A stretch of 64,000 bases of DNA, from assembly GCF_006345805.1 (NCBI RefSeq), contig NC_043000.1:78864001-78928000 (forward strand), given 5' to 3'. The DNA is from Octopus sinensis (lineage: Eukaryota). The position numbers and the translations under genes are program-made. The notes beneath the pieces were generated by a model. That model searched no databases and was not told where the DNA came from. It was given only the letters and a program-made list of their open reading frames with translations. Position 1 is the stretch's first letter. Every line of letters starts with the position of its first letter. This document shows positions 13,472 through 25,763 of this stretch, piece by piece.

Positions 13472-13474
<3 letters not shown>
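13045..13474 (-). mobile_element. 5' half of the hammerhead-bearing host element
   Basis: Carries the 37-nt repeat (13185-13221), TATA box and target motif; flanked by (TA)n; mirror at 35031-35450. Confidence 0.65.
13055..13086 (-). promoter_or_regulatory. TATA box plus initiator-like TCA overlapping the LINE target site
   Basis: TATAAATA begins 28 nt upstream of the A of TCATCG; same spacing at 35409 and 35437. Confidence 0.55.
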
Positions 13475-13540
<66 letters not shown>

Positions 13541-13581
13541 GTGGTGTGTGTGTGTTGTGTATGTGTGTGTTGTGTGTGTGT

Positions 13582-13619
<38 letters not shown>

Positions 13620-14005
13620 ATAGAAAGAGAGAGAGAGAGATGGAGAGAGCTAAATAATAGATAGATTTGTGTTTATATAGTTTTTGCCGAAGATCCTCTA
13701 AGTTTGATATTATTAGTTACACTCTAAATTATCGCTCTTTGTTTGAATTGTTTGAATTCTTTGGGCGTCCTCTAATACGTTTCAAATCGTATTTCGCCTG
13801 TATCTTTTGACTAGTTTCTTTTTTTTTATTGTGAGACTGCTTCTGCTTTGTTTCTCTTTTCGTTGCGCCCGACAAGTTGTACATAATTGCTTTATCCCCT
13901 ACTTCCACACTTGACCTTTTCTCTCCTCTCTCAATATCTCTAATGCATGCTTTTTAATCGTTTCTATCTGCCCTTTTACATATATGTATATACATGTATA
14001 CACAA

Positions 14006-14036
<31 letters not shown>

Positions 14037-15365
14037 TGTATGTATGTATGTATGTATGTATATTTGTATGTGTGTCATTATTCAGTTTTATTTCAAGATG
14101 TCTTGCCAATAGAGGAAGATTCGGCTTCTAAACTATAGCCAATTTCAACATCAACAACAGGATATTTTGTTTGCATGTATGTATGTATGTACGTATGTAT
14201 GTATGTATGTATGTATGTATGTATGTATGTATGTATGTATGTATGTATGCATGTATGTATGTATATATGTATGTATGTATGTATAAATGTATACGTACAG
14301 ATTTGTATATTTTGTTTCATGTATGTCATATACTTGCATATACTTGCATATGTAGACATACTCATATATATTTAAATGATAAACTTCTGGAAAGTTTTAC
14401 AGATTTTTAAATTCCTGATGGATTGGATCTGTAATCTTCGAATCAGCTATCTCCTTCCTGGTTTTGTGAAGCCTAATTTCTCAAGATTGTTATTTGGGAA
14501 ATGTCTTACATATCCCAGTACCCCAATAATTACAGGTATAAATATGAACTTGTAATCTGGATAGAGTAACTGCAGATTTCTCAATAGTTCAGCGTAGGAA
14601 TTCTCTTTCTCACTGATATTCAGCTTTTTGCTAACATCCCCTGGGCAGCTGGTTTCTACAACTGTACACAGTTTCACTTCTCTATTCCAAATTAGTATAT
14701 CAAGTTCATTGTGTTCACATTAAATTGAGATTTTCACTGGGACATTCCAACAGTACGCCTTATGAGTGGCTATGGCTTCCACCATACTGTAGGTTCTTGC
14801 TTCTTTGACTCCAGGCTCATCCTTTCGACGGATACGTTATAGAGCGTCCTAGCTACAATATCATGTCTCATCGGTAGATAACACCGTGATGACATTTCCG
14901 GACACCTGCTTATTTTGTGGCTGATATCTTCGGTGTTAACTCCGCAAAGTCTGCATCGATTGTCGCATTTTAATTTTAATGCTTTTCCTGCTTCTCCGTC
15001 CCTTTTATGCATCAGGTATTTCGTTGATATTTCCTGTTCTTGGATTGCAAACGCATACCCTTCACAGCGGGAAGTAGTAATCCGGTTGTTGGTTCATGTT
15101 AGACTGTTTGGATGATGATCAATGTTACTATACTCTAGGAGCTTTCTACTAACGTATCCATGCATAGTCTTCTGCTCATATATGCTCATCCTTTTATCTG
15201 TTAATACAATGCGGTAGAGTCGAGAGATTTCTTTGGGCAGGTATTTAAGGTTATGTATGTATGTATGTATGTATGTATGTATGTATGTATGTATGTATGT
15301 ATGTATGTATGTATGTATGTATGTATGTATGTATGTATGTATGTATGTATGTATGTATGTATGTA
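13475..15365. repeat. Microsatellite cluster: (TA)n, (TG)n, (GA)n and several (TATG)n tracts
   Basis: Seen directly at ~13475-13640, 14007-14060, 14175-14283 and 15252-15364. Confidence 0.9.
14400..15200 (-). mobile_element. 3' fragment of an R4/Dong-like RLE-type non-LTR retrotransposon
   Basis: MHGY, GYAFAIQEQEI, CRLCG..EDISH..SRCP, RHD, DILIW..KLCTVVETSCP..EKENSYAEL (zinc knuckle plus restriction-like nuclease). Confidence 0.75.
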
Positions 15366-15985
15366 CGAATGTATGTCTATGTATTTATACACACACACTA
15401 CACGTGTGAGCAGGTAAGTGCAAAAACAAGGTTGAGAAAATAATACTTTAAGACCAAAAGAATAATAAAATTTTATATTGAGGCTGCAAAAATTTTTACC
15501 AAGTTGTTCAATGTAACCGTTTGTCAGACAGTCGTAAGTATTCGGAATAAGAAGATAACTTGAAGTATCTGTAGTGTGCTGAATGTGAGATGCCATATCA
15601 TGTCGATATGATGTAGCCCACTACCGAATGTAGCGTATAGATGTAACGCTTAAAGGTTTTCGCGTCGGAGTACCCACTGAACATTGAAGAATCAACACCA
15701 AGAAGAAATATTATTTACATATATATATATGCGTTTGCCCGACAGGTAGTTGAAGGGACAGTTGCTCGTTTTGACAAACAACAAGCTGGTGGATTTGGTT
15801 TCAAATTTCAGGCAAGGCGATGCAAGGTCCCAACATATTTTAAAATAATGGAACATTGAAATGAGTTGAATAAACGATTTTAAAAATTAATGGGATAGTA
15901 AAAATTAAGGGCGAATATGTTCCACACAGAAAATAACAATAATAAAGGGTAAGATAAATAAATATATAATATGTATATATAAAAA

Positions 15986-17354
15986 CTAGCAGTATCGCCC
16001 GGCGTTGCTCGGGTTTGTAAGGGAAATAACTATAAAGCATTTTTAGAGTGTTATAGCCAAAAAATAGCATAAAAATGCATTAAAAATGGAAAAAAATTAT
16101 AGTAAATTTTTTTAAATCGTTGACTCATCGTAGACATTTTTAGAGAGTTACTTCCCTTATATAATAGCAAAAAAATGCATTAAAATGGAAAAAAATGATG
16201 GTAAATTATTTTTAAAATTGTAGACTCATCGTAGACGCGCGCTAATACCCAGAAGGGCTCCATATGAATCACGACTATAAGATACCCGGCTTTGGTTAAA
16301 CTGCACCGCAAAATGTGGGAGTAGTGAGGAATCTAAATCGTAGGAGACAGACACACAACTTCACTTTTATATATAAAGATTTGTGCAACAACTAAAACAT
16401 TCGGTTGTGCAAATTGTTTGCACAGGAAACCTACCCTGTGTGGCGGCTTTTGCCGTTTTTGTGTCGTTGTTCTAAAAGAACGCTGGTCTCCTTGACAACG
16501 CTTTACGACGTTGATTTCCTTACACTCCCTTCCCCACGGCTTCACGAGGGAGGGAAGTAGGGAGAAGCAACACAGGTGCAGGTGTGAGCATGGACGCCAA
16601 CTCCGCCGCCATCGAGACACGAAAAAATATGCGTTAAAATGGAAAAAAATTATGGTAAATTATTTTTAAAATCGTAGACTAATCGTAGACGCGCGCTAAT
16701 ACTCAGAAGGGCTCGATATGAATCACGACTATAAGGTACCCGAATTTGGTTAAACTGCACCGCAAAATGTGGGAGTAGTTAGGAATCTAAATCGTAGGAG
16801 ACAGACACTCACACAACTTCACTTTTATATATATAGACTAGCAGTATCGGCCGGCGTTTCTCGGGTTTGTAAGGGAAATAACTATATAAGCATTTTTAGA
16901 GAGTTACTTCCCTTATAGATGCCAATTCGGGCTTTTTTAGCCATTTATGTTTTGGTGTCTTTAAGCCATGAAGTCGTTGTTCTAAAAGAACGCTGGTCTC
17001 CTTGAAAACGCTTTACGACGTTGATTTCCTTACACTCCCTTCCGCACGGCTTCACGAGCGAGGGAAGAAGGGGGAGAAGCAAACACAGGTGCAGGTGTTT
17101 GAGCGTGGACGCCAACTCCGCCGTCATCGACACACGAAAAATTATGCATTAAAATGGAGTAAAAAATGATGTTAAATTATTTTTAAAATCGTAGACTCAT
17201 CGTAGACGCGCGCTAATAGCCAGACGGGCTCGATATTAATCACGACTATAAGATACCCGAATTTGGTTAAACTGCACCGCAAAATGTGGGAGGAGTTAGG
17301 AATCTAAATCGAAGGGGACATACACTCACACAACTAGAGTTTTATATATATAGA
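15986..17354 (-). mobile_element. Tandem/compound non-autonomous Helitrons (three 5' ends, two 3' ends)
   Basis: 5' TC-TATATA-type ends at 17354, 16837 and 16379; hairpin plus CTAG at 16838 and 15986. Confidence 0.8.
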
Positions 17355-17699
17355 TGAAGGAAGTTGGTGTGAGAGAAAAAGAGCGAGAAAAATTTCAACT
17401 GAGAGAGGAAGAGAAGAAGGGAAAAACATGATAAGGATACATGTTTGTTTGAATATACGTGTATATGTTTGACGTAGCGTTTTTAAATCTTTAAATTACG
17501 GTGGATAGGAAATGGAATAATAGAAAAATATAGTGGATGGCCATAAAGGGCAAGTCCTGTGCACATGATAAATTAGAAAGTGTGTGAAATAAGGTAAATT
17601 AGAAAAATATAAAGAATAAGGCTTTACATGTGAGTATATAAAGGTATATAGAAAGATATTCAAAATAGGTGTGGGTATGTAAATATATATATATATATA

Positions 17700-20530
17700 T
17701 ATAAGAATATTCATAAAATAAAGAAAAGAAAATATTGGTGTTGGAGATGTAGGGGCAAGCACGGTAGCGTGGGCAAGAGCAGGGCTATGAACCAGGCTGG
17801 GAGGTGGGGTTAGGGAAGAAACTGTGGACCAGGAGGTCACGCTGTTGTGGGCTCTTTGAAGGAGGGAAGGGGTAGGTTGGGAAGATGTGCGAAGTGGAGG
17901 GGACGGATAGGAGTCACCGGAAGTCTCGGAAAATGATGCGTTAGAGGGGTGTGTGGAAACGGGAGATGAGCAACGGCGGGGCAGGTGTGGGGGAGAGAGC
18001 AGAGGTACAGTCTACGGAGCATGCCTTGGCAAGGGCTATGTGGATAGTGGTGAGGAGATATTCACGAAGGACGAATTGTTGTGCCATGTGTTGAGACTGA
18101 GTCTCAAAGTCATGGTTGTTACTGCAGAGCCTGCACAGACGGAGGAATTGAGAGTAGGGAATGGAGAGCTTGATGTGAATAGGGTGGAAGGAGGAAAAGT
18201 TGAGGTATGAACATGAGTCAGTGTGTTTGTAGTGGATAGAGACAGTGAGAGAGGAGTGGTATATGCTAACCGAAATGTCGAGAAATTCGACGGAAGTGTT
18301 GGAAATAATTGAGGAGAATTCGATGACAGGCTGGAAGGATTAGACAAAAGAGACGAAGGAGTCTAGTTTTTCGCGGGAGAGTGAGGTCGCACCGACAGAG
18401 TCATCAATATAGCGACCGTATAGTTCGTGAGTGGGACCAGTGAAACGTAGCCAATGAACAAGTTCATGTAGTTGGGGCCCATTCTCGTTGCTATAGCCAC
18501 TTCCGAGAGATCTGTTGGTAAAAATCACCCGCGAACGAGAAGCAGTTGAGGGGGAGAACAAGTTCGGCCAGACGAAGGTTCGGGGTTGGGTCGAAGGTCC
18601 AGAAAGTGTTTAAGTGCAAGAAGTCCTTCGTTGTATGGGATCACCGTATATAAACCCTTGATATCAATAATGAAGAGAAGTTTAGAAGGGCCAGAAGGGA
18701 AGGAGAAAGAGTTAAAGAGACGGAACACATGTTTAGTGTAATGGATGTGGGAGGGGAGGGAAGCCACTAGGAGGCAAGGACACGATCGAAGTATTTAGAA
18801 ATAAATTCCGTGGAGCAGTTAGAGGCGGAGGCGATGGGGCAGCCAGGGTTGTTGGGCTTGTGGATTTGGGGAAGGAAGTAAATGGTGGGGTGCGTGGAGT
18901 GTAGATAATAAGGTTGGAGGTGGTGAAAGGGAGATGGGAGGAGGAAGTGAGGTCATAGATAGTGGTGGACACAGTCTCTTGGTAGTTAGGCTTGGGGTTG
19001 GAGGGCAGAGGGCAATAAAATGAGGTGCCTTGAAGTTGGCGTAGAGCTTCAACCTTGTAGAGGTCTGCGCGCTACACCACCACGGCTCCACCCTTGTCGG
19101 CCGCCTTTGTGATGATGTCTTTGCAGCTTCGAAGACATCGGAATGTCGAGAGTTCGTCCGGGGAGATGTTAAAATATTGGGGATTGCTGCGAAAGTTAAA
19201 GCGGTCCACACACGTTGGCAGATGCATGCAAAATGTTCAACTGCTTGGAACTGGCAAGGAGCTGGCGTCCAGTAGGATGGTCGGCGGCCCAGGTCAGTGA
19301 AGCAGTCCTCTTCATTAGATGCAGGTGAAGTGTTGTGGAATAGTGCATATAGCCTGATGCGACGCACAAAGCTATGGATACCAGTACGGGTCTAAAATTC
19401 GTTACTGGATAAAGTGAGGGAGATGAAATGCAGATCCTTACTGAGAAGAGAGCGCTCCGTTTCAGAGAGGGGAAGATTAGGAGGAATGGTAACAACAGAC
19501 TGAAGTCGGGAGTGGGTGGATGAGTTAGATGTGGAAGGGGTGGCGTGGCAGTAGAAAGCTGGGAGGAGAGAGAGGGAAAGTAAGTGCTTGGGGATTAGAG
19601 TAATGGAAGGGTGGGGATGAGTATGGGGGATGAGGATGAGGAAAGCGTGGGTGTAGTGGCGTCGGCTGGGGAAAATGGAGTGAGTGGAGTTTATGTTGTT
19701 TAGTGCGAGCGAGGAACTCGTGGACAAAACATGATTTACATGGCGTATGAAGCGTAGAGTGGAATGTGCAACAGAAGGTGAAAGACGGGAGGAAAAGGTG
19801 GAATAAGCGAGAAGGAGAAGGTGGTCTGGGGTGTGTATTTTAAAGAGATTAGAACGAATGGTGGCACTGATAAGGCGGTAAGAAGTAGAACAGAGTATGG
19901 GTAGGATGGCAGAAGCAGAGTGGAAAGTGGGGTGGAAATGGAGGCGGAAACCTTTGGGGATGAGGTAGGGGTGAGGGAGGTGACTGAGAAAGTAAACATG
20001 ACTACAGAAGCGTGTTTTTTTGAAAATCAGATGGGAAAGATTAATAGAAGGTTGAAAGCAATAGAAGGTGTTTCTTTAGTCGGCGGTGAAGGTTCAGGAG
20101 GAAGAATTTGTAATCGGGCATTGTGGAAAAGGAAAAAAGAAAAGAAACAATTAAGAAAAGGAGAGAGAAAGGCAAAGTAATGACGTACTGAGTATGGAAG
20201 TTTAAAAACTTGTGGATTTAGCGGTCAAGCATGGCAACTGAATAGAAAAAGTGTTTGAAAGAAGGTATCAATGAAGTGAGAAAGTGGGTAGGAATGAAGA
20301 GAGGAAGTAGGTGTCAGATGAAGAGAGGAGAAGAGGGGAGTCAGACGAAGAGAGGAGGGGGTTGAGCCCATATGACGCAAAGGAGCAAAGAGATTAATTC
20401 CTGTTCACGGCGAAGGCGGGGATCCGGATGGCTTCTGTGCAAAGACAGTCCACACAGACAGGTGTTGTAGTGAATGACCAGTAGAGCGGAAATGGCGCGA
20501 GACTGGGGTTTCATTGCCGAGTCTGCCAAA
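17700..20530 (-). mobile_element. Decayed Penelope-like retroelement (RT ORF preceded by a GIY-YIG C-terminal fragment)
   Basis: DIKGLYTVIP, YGRYIDDSVG, RRIRLYALFH, ERSLLSKDLHF; PVSRHF..GH..REQELI fragment at ~20350-20510 upstream, as in partial-tandem pLTR structure. Confidence 0.78.
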
Positions 20531-20800
20531 CCACTAAGTTACGGGGACGTAAACAAAGTAAGACCTCTTGACCAGCGGTGGTGGAGACAAACACAGACAC
20601 AAAGATACATACATAATATGTAGTATACATACATACATACATACATACATACACGCACACACACACATATTGTTTTGCTTACGTCCCCGTAACTTATAGA
20701 AATGATAGAATAAAGTACTAGACTTAAAAAATACGAGTACTGATGTCGATTCACCCTTCAATGTGGTGCCAAAGCACGGCTGCAATGCAAGGACTAAAAT
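20520..20800. mobile_element. Cephalopod-type SINE/repeat remnant
   Basis: TAAGTTACGGGGACGTAAACA with an inverted copy at ~20675-20696; motifs shared with 55670-56040. Confidence 0.45.
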
Positions 20801-20862
20801 CAATACAATATAAATATAAAACAAGGTTTATATGTAGTTTTAAGATTGAACAACAATAAATA

Positions 20863-22273
20863 CTAGCAAACACACCCATCGTTTGGTCGGCTTAAGTTGC
20901 TTAGGTGGTATTTTTTCACCAAATAATTGAGCTACCAAGAAGGCTGTTGAATCGCACGACAATCTACGATTCCGATTAACCTAGGAACGGAAAATCAAAC
21001 TGAAGGGTGGTTGTTGCACTTTAATGATCATAGAACATATAAGTTTGCAAGCAATGCAAAGTAGAGCTACTGAAGTGTTTTGGAAGTAGATTACGGATAT
21101 TGACTACAAAATATAGTTATTTTACATGAAAGTGAAATTTCTTGTCAGAAACAGCCACATAAATGGTGTAATGAAATTGAAGGAAGACGTTGAAACTTCC
21201 CCTCTGCGAGTTTATTGCTTTCAACAGCAAAGGGATCTATTTTTTTCGGAGAGATAAGCTAATAAAAGCCCCTTTATTCTGTCTTCCCACATAGCCTGCG
21301 TATGAACTAACAGCGAATACTGCATAAAGTTGAATTGGTATAGAGCTTTCTGAAAGATATGTATAGCTTTCGATTGTGGAAGCAAAACTCATTTAAAGTT
21401 TGATTCTTTGGGACGAATCATATGTGATTCTTTAAAAAAAAAGGCTAGAGCAACAATGCTAAAACGTATTGGAAACAATGGACAACAGTCGAAATATAAT
21501 GAATGGGTAAATAAGCATCCTTAAAGTGAAACAACGCATTGGTATGTAAACAAAAGCATGAACAAATAAGAGAAAGGGAAGGGAGCATCACTTTTCAAGT
21601 AACTCAGAAAAGGTAAAGGTAAGTTTGCCAAAGTTTAATGCAGTTTAACTATGGAGATTAAAATTGCTTGGTACTGGATATTCATCGCGTAGAGTGTTCC
21701 TAGTCAATCTAATCACCGTGGTAGGTGAACAGTCGAAATATATAAGTAGAAAAAATCCTTTCACTTTTATAAAAATGTTTTAAAAAGTATGGAAGATCCT
21801 ACATACAAAAACACTATGTCCAGTTAGGTCCATCTATGCGGCAGCTCTGGTAAAATGTTTAGTGTATAACCATCCTTGGGATATAAGTAACGTGTGTGTA
21901 AAGTTTGGTGAAAATCGGTTGAGAATTATGGAAACGTATGTGTTCAGTGTTCCTAGTCGATTTAACCACCGTCGCTGGTGGACAGTGGAAATCAATAGAA
22001 AAAATCTTTTCACTGTTATAAAAAGATTAAAAAAGCTGATTAACGCAAATGAATAGGAATCATCTATTGTTGATTTCCCATCGCTCTAGATGCCCCAATA
22101 TAAATTTTTAAAAAGTAAAGTAGCCTATGTTCAGGTCAAGGATATGAAGCAGCTGTGTATGAAATTTTAATGAAATCGGATGAAAGATGTAGCAGTTAAA
22201 GTTTTGTACACACACACAGACACACACACACAGACACACACACACAGAAAACTTCAATGTTATATATATAAGA
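20863..22273 (-). mobile_element. Non-autonomous Helitron
   Basis: A|TCTTATATATATAA at 22273, (TG)n, imperfect hairpin and CTAG|T at 20863. Confidence 0.68.
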
Positions 22274-22295
22274 TAGCAATATATTCATGCGTGAG

Positions 22296-22505
22296 TGCGG
22301 TGAGCTAGCAGATTCGTTAGCACGTTGGGTAAAATGTTTAACGGCATTTCATCCATCTTTACGTTCTGAATCCAATTTTTTTCGAGGTCGACTTTGCCTT
22401 TCCTCCTTCGAGATCGATAAAATAAGAACCTTTTGGACACAGGGTTGATATAATAAACTTAAGCATTACCTCGAAATTGCTGGCCTTTTCTCAAAATTTG
22501 TAACC
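22296..22505 (+). mobile_element. Degenerate SINE
   Basis: GGTGAGCTAGCAGATTCGTTAG head and GAGGTCGACTTTGCCTTTC...GATAAAATAAG body, recognised from memory of octopus SINEs. Confidence 0.5.
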
Positions 22506-23752
22506 AATATATTCATAAGTGTAATTATTATAATGTCATATATACATGCAAACACAGACATATGTACACACACACACGCGCGCGCATGCACATACACACA
22601 CACACGCACACCTTTGCATGTAGTCAAGTTTTAATCGTAATATAATATCAACATCTGCCTGTATATGTTTGTCAAATTTAGATAAACCTCTATTCCTTGT
22701 ATTGTTTCCCACTCTGTCCTCGACAAACATTGAAATTTACATTGAGATGTCATGCGTAGTGTCTAGAAAATATTCCCGTTTCATGCGTGCATTTAGTACA
22801 TGTACTTGTGCGCACTTTATCCGCCTTCTGACAAACGATCCAAGAAACACCGACATGAAGAAGAGACGCTTGGGCGTTTCCCTTGGGAATAGTCCTATCT
22901 CGAGTAAAAAGCAATGTCACGGGTTAATGGTACAGAAAATTCAATATCCTTATTTCTAGGATTCAATAGAAAACATTCTATTTCGAAAACAAACAAATAA
23001 CTGAGCATGAAAGTTTAATTCTAACTATTTCTACGGGCTAAAAATTATCAGCAACTCTCCACACAAACCAGTGTTCGACCAGTTTGAGAAAGATATGCTC
23101 AACTTAATTATGAATATCAAATTAAGAAAATATACGAGCGAAATCCTTCGACGACTATCTAAGCAGATATCGGACATCTGGAACTGTGAGAGAGTAGATA
23201 TCCATTTCGATAGAACCAGGAAATTTACAGAATGAATACCGACGCTTATAATGGATTTATATTTAATGAGATACATAAATATTATTAGAATGAGCAGTCA
23301 ACTACTCCAAAAGACTTGTTCGGGGCGGCACAAATGCTGGAACCTTATGCACTAAGCACCCCACAATTTGGCTTGAAAGACCACAAACCAGTCTTTCTAA
23401 CTAACACCTCCATCATGTTAATCTGCCGGATCTGGGTAGAATTAGTAAAATTATTCTTGATCATATTATATCGGTCGTTCAAATTAACCCTTTGACGCAA
23501 ATCGAAAGTTGTCAAAATTGTGATGATATTTGGTCTGATGAGAAATTGAGCATATCCACGTCCATTCTGCGCATGTTTTTCTGTATGTTCCTTTGTCGTA
23601 CCCTTGAGCCACATGCTTATTAGAATGTCCATATGTATGTATATGTGGGTATATACGTGTATAGGTGTATGGGTGCGTGTGTGCGTTTCTGTGTATACGC
23701 ATACACAAACACATATACAGACACACGCATTTATATATATATATATATATAC

Positions 23753-24429
23753 AAAGCAATAAAGGGTTTAGCAACGAATTGCCTTACCACATACCGAATT
23801 TAGAAATAGCAGTCAAAGAGTTATGGCTATTTCTTCTACTAAAAAGGGAGATCTCAGTAAAAACAGCAATTGGAAGGCTACACGCGGGTGGGAAGGGGCT
23901 GGTGACACAATCGTTTCATTCACAAATTGAATTTGGTGATACTGGTTGCGGATTCTAGCTCGCTCTGATACTGAGTTGAGTTGGTGCCTTCTAGTATCTC
24001 AAAATTCAATATATAATCATTTATGATTATAGTATTCTACGCTGAAGAGAAAAGAAGTTTCGGTAAGATAGAATTATTTAATATTTAATTCTTATGCTTT
24101 CCTAAAAACTTGATTTCGAAACGTACGTCCGTAGATAACTTAAAAATGTATGATAGATTGCCGTCAATTCATTCTCTCTTACCTGTTTGTGTCTGCCTTC
24201 CAATTGCTGTTTTTACTGAGATCTCCCTTTTTAGTAGAAGAAATAGCTATAACTCTTTGACTGCTATTTCTAAATTCGGTATGTGGTAAGGCAATTCGTT
24301 GCTAAACCCTTTATTGCTTAGTATTACTTAAATTTTCCTCGAATGAGGCTTTTACATGCCGAAGACTACTTGGTGTAATTGATAATTATTCCAAATTAAT
24401 TAATTTCACCCTTCATTATTACGGATAAC

Positions 24430-24430
<1 letters not shown>
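23753..24430 (+). mobile_element. Penelope-like pLTR remnant with ~125-bp inverted duplication around a hammerhead
   Basis: 23753-23878 is the reverse complement of ~24195-24319; flanked by (TA)n. Confidence 0.65.
24036..24135 (+). ncRNA. Type I hammerhead ribozyme with long stem II
   Basis: UCUACG CUGAAGA GAAA..AAGUUU..GAAUUA..UAAUUC..AAACUU..UUUC GAAA C GUAC GUC^ CGUAGA; cleavage predicted after 24129. Confidence 0.85.
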
Positions 24431-24467
<37 letters not shown>

Positions 24468-24470
<3 letters not shown>

Positions 24471-24563
24471 CCCTTCTACAAGTGTCCGAAGAATGACACC
24501 CCCTTCAGGAGGAATATGGAAAAACATTTCATAGCTAAGTTCTCCCCCAAATTAAATGGCTGA
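24468..24563 (+). pseudogene. C-terminal tip of a Penelope-like GIY-YIG endonuclease ORF
   Basis: FPFYKCPKNDTPFRRNMEKHFIAKFSPKLNG*, matching the typical R..E..FI..F.P.LN* ending. Confidence 0.55.
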
Positions 24564-25082
24564 AACTTTACTCAACATACATTGAAGGAAAAATCTGTGT
24601 GTGTGTAGATGTGTGTATTGCCTGTTATATACATCATATTATATTATTATCTTTATAATTCACTTCCATCTTTACCCTTTAATTGTCACTTTAGTTTTAA
24701 CTTTCCTATGACATACAACTTTCAAGATGGTATAATTTGGTTGTTCATTTTGAACCGATAAAAAGGTTTTTTCAAATATTTTATGTATAAGTCTGTGTGT
24801 GTGTATATATATGTGTTGGCATAAATATCAACACACAAAAATATTTTTTCTTCTCCACTTCCTCCCTTATTTTTATTTTTATTTTTATTTTTATTTTTTT
24901 ATTTTTTATTCTTTATATTTTTATTTATTCTTTATATTTTATTTTTTATTTTTTGTTTTTATTTTATTTTATTTTATTTTTTTTATTTTTTTAATTTTTT
25001 ATTTTTATTATTATTATTTTTATTTTCCCTTTTCTCTTTTTGTCTCTCTCCCCTTCTCCAAACACACAGACACACACACACA

Positions 25083-25116
<34 letters not shown>

Positions 25117-25353
25117 AACACACACAGACACACAGAGACACACACACACACACACACCTCCACAGAATGATCATAGAAAGTGTGACCCCAAATGACATTT
25201 GCCAGGCCAACCTATGCACAACACACACTCAGTGACATTGAAATGGACAGCCAAAGTTCTTATAAAACCACAGGGGGTCCAGCAGACCAACGGAAATAAC
25301 ACTTCTTCACTCTCAGATATAAATGCGCACACACACACACACACACACACGCA

Positions 25354-25391
<38 letters not shown>

Positions 25392-25593
25392 ACATATTTT
25401 CTCTCTGCCTCACTTCCTCCTCAACCACTACTACGAAACTATAAAAAGGTTCAAACTACCCACAACTGATTTGATTTGAAAACCCACTAGAATGGGAGCA
25501 AGCGCTAATCCGAATGATATGATATATATGTAAAAAATGTAATATATAAATAAATATCTACAAATATGAACCATCTGATCTGATTACCTCAAT

Positions 25594-25652
<59 letters not shown>

Positions 25653-25685
25653 TAATCAAAATAAAAACATGATGCCAAGGGTTCA

Positions 25686-25763
25686 GCGGTACATATGTTT
25701 CGGGCCTTTATTAGACGGATTTATAACAATGCATAATGTGCGTCTGTGGCCTTCTTCAGCCGC
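25686..25763 (-). ncRNA. Type I hammerhead ribozyme, extended stem II (inverted copy)
   Basis: Reverse complement of 29004-29081. Confidence 0.78.
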
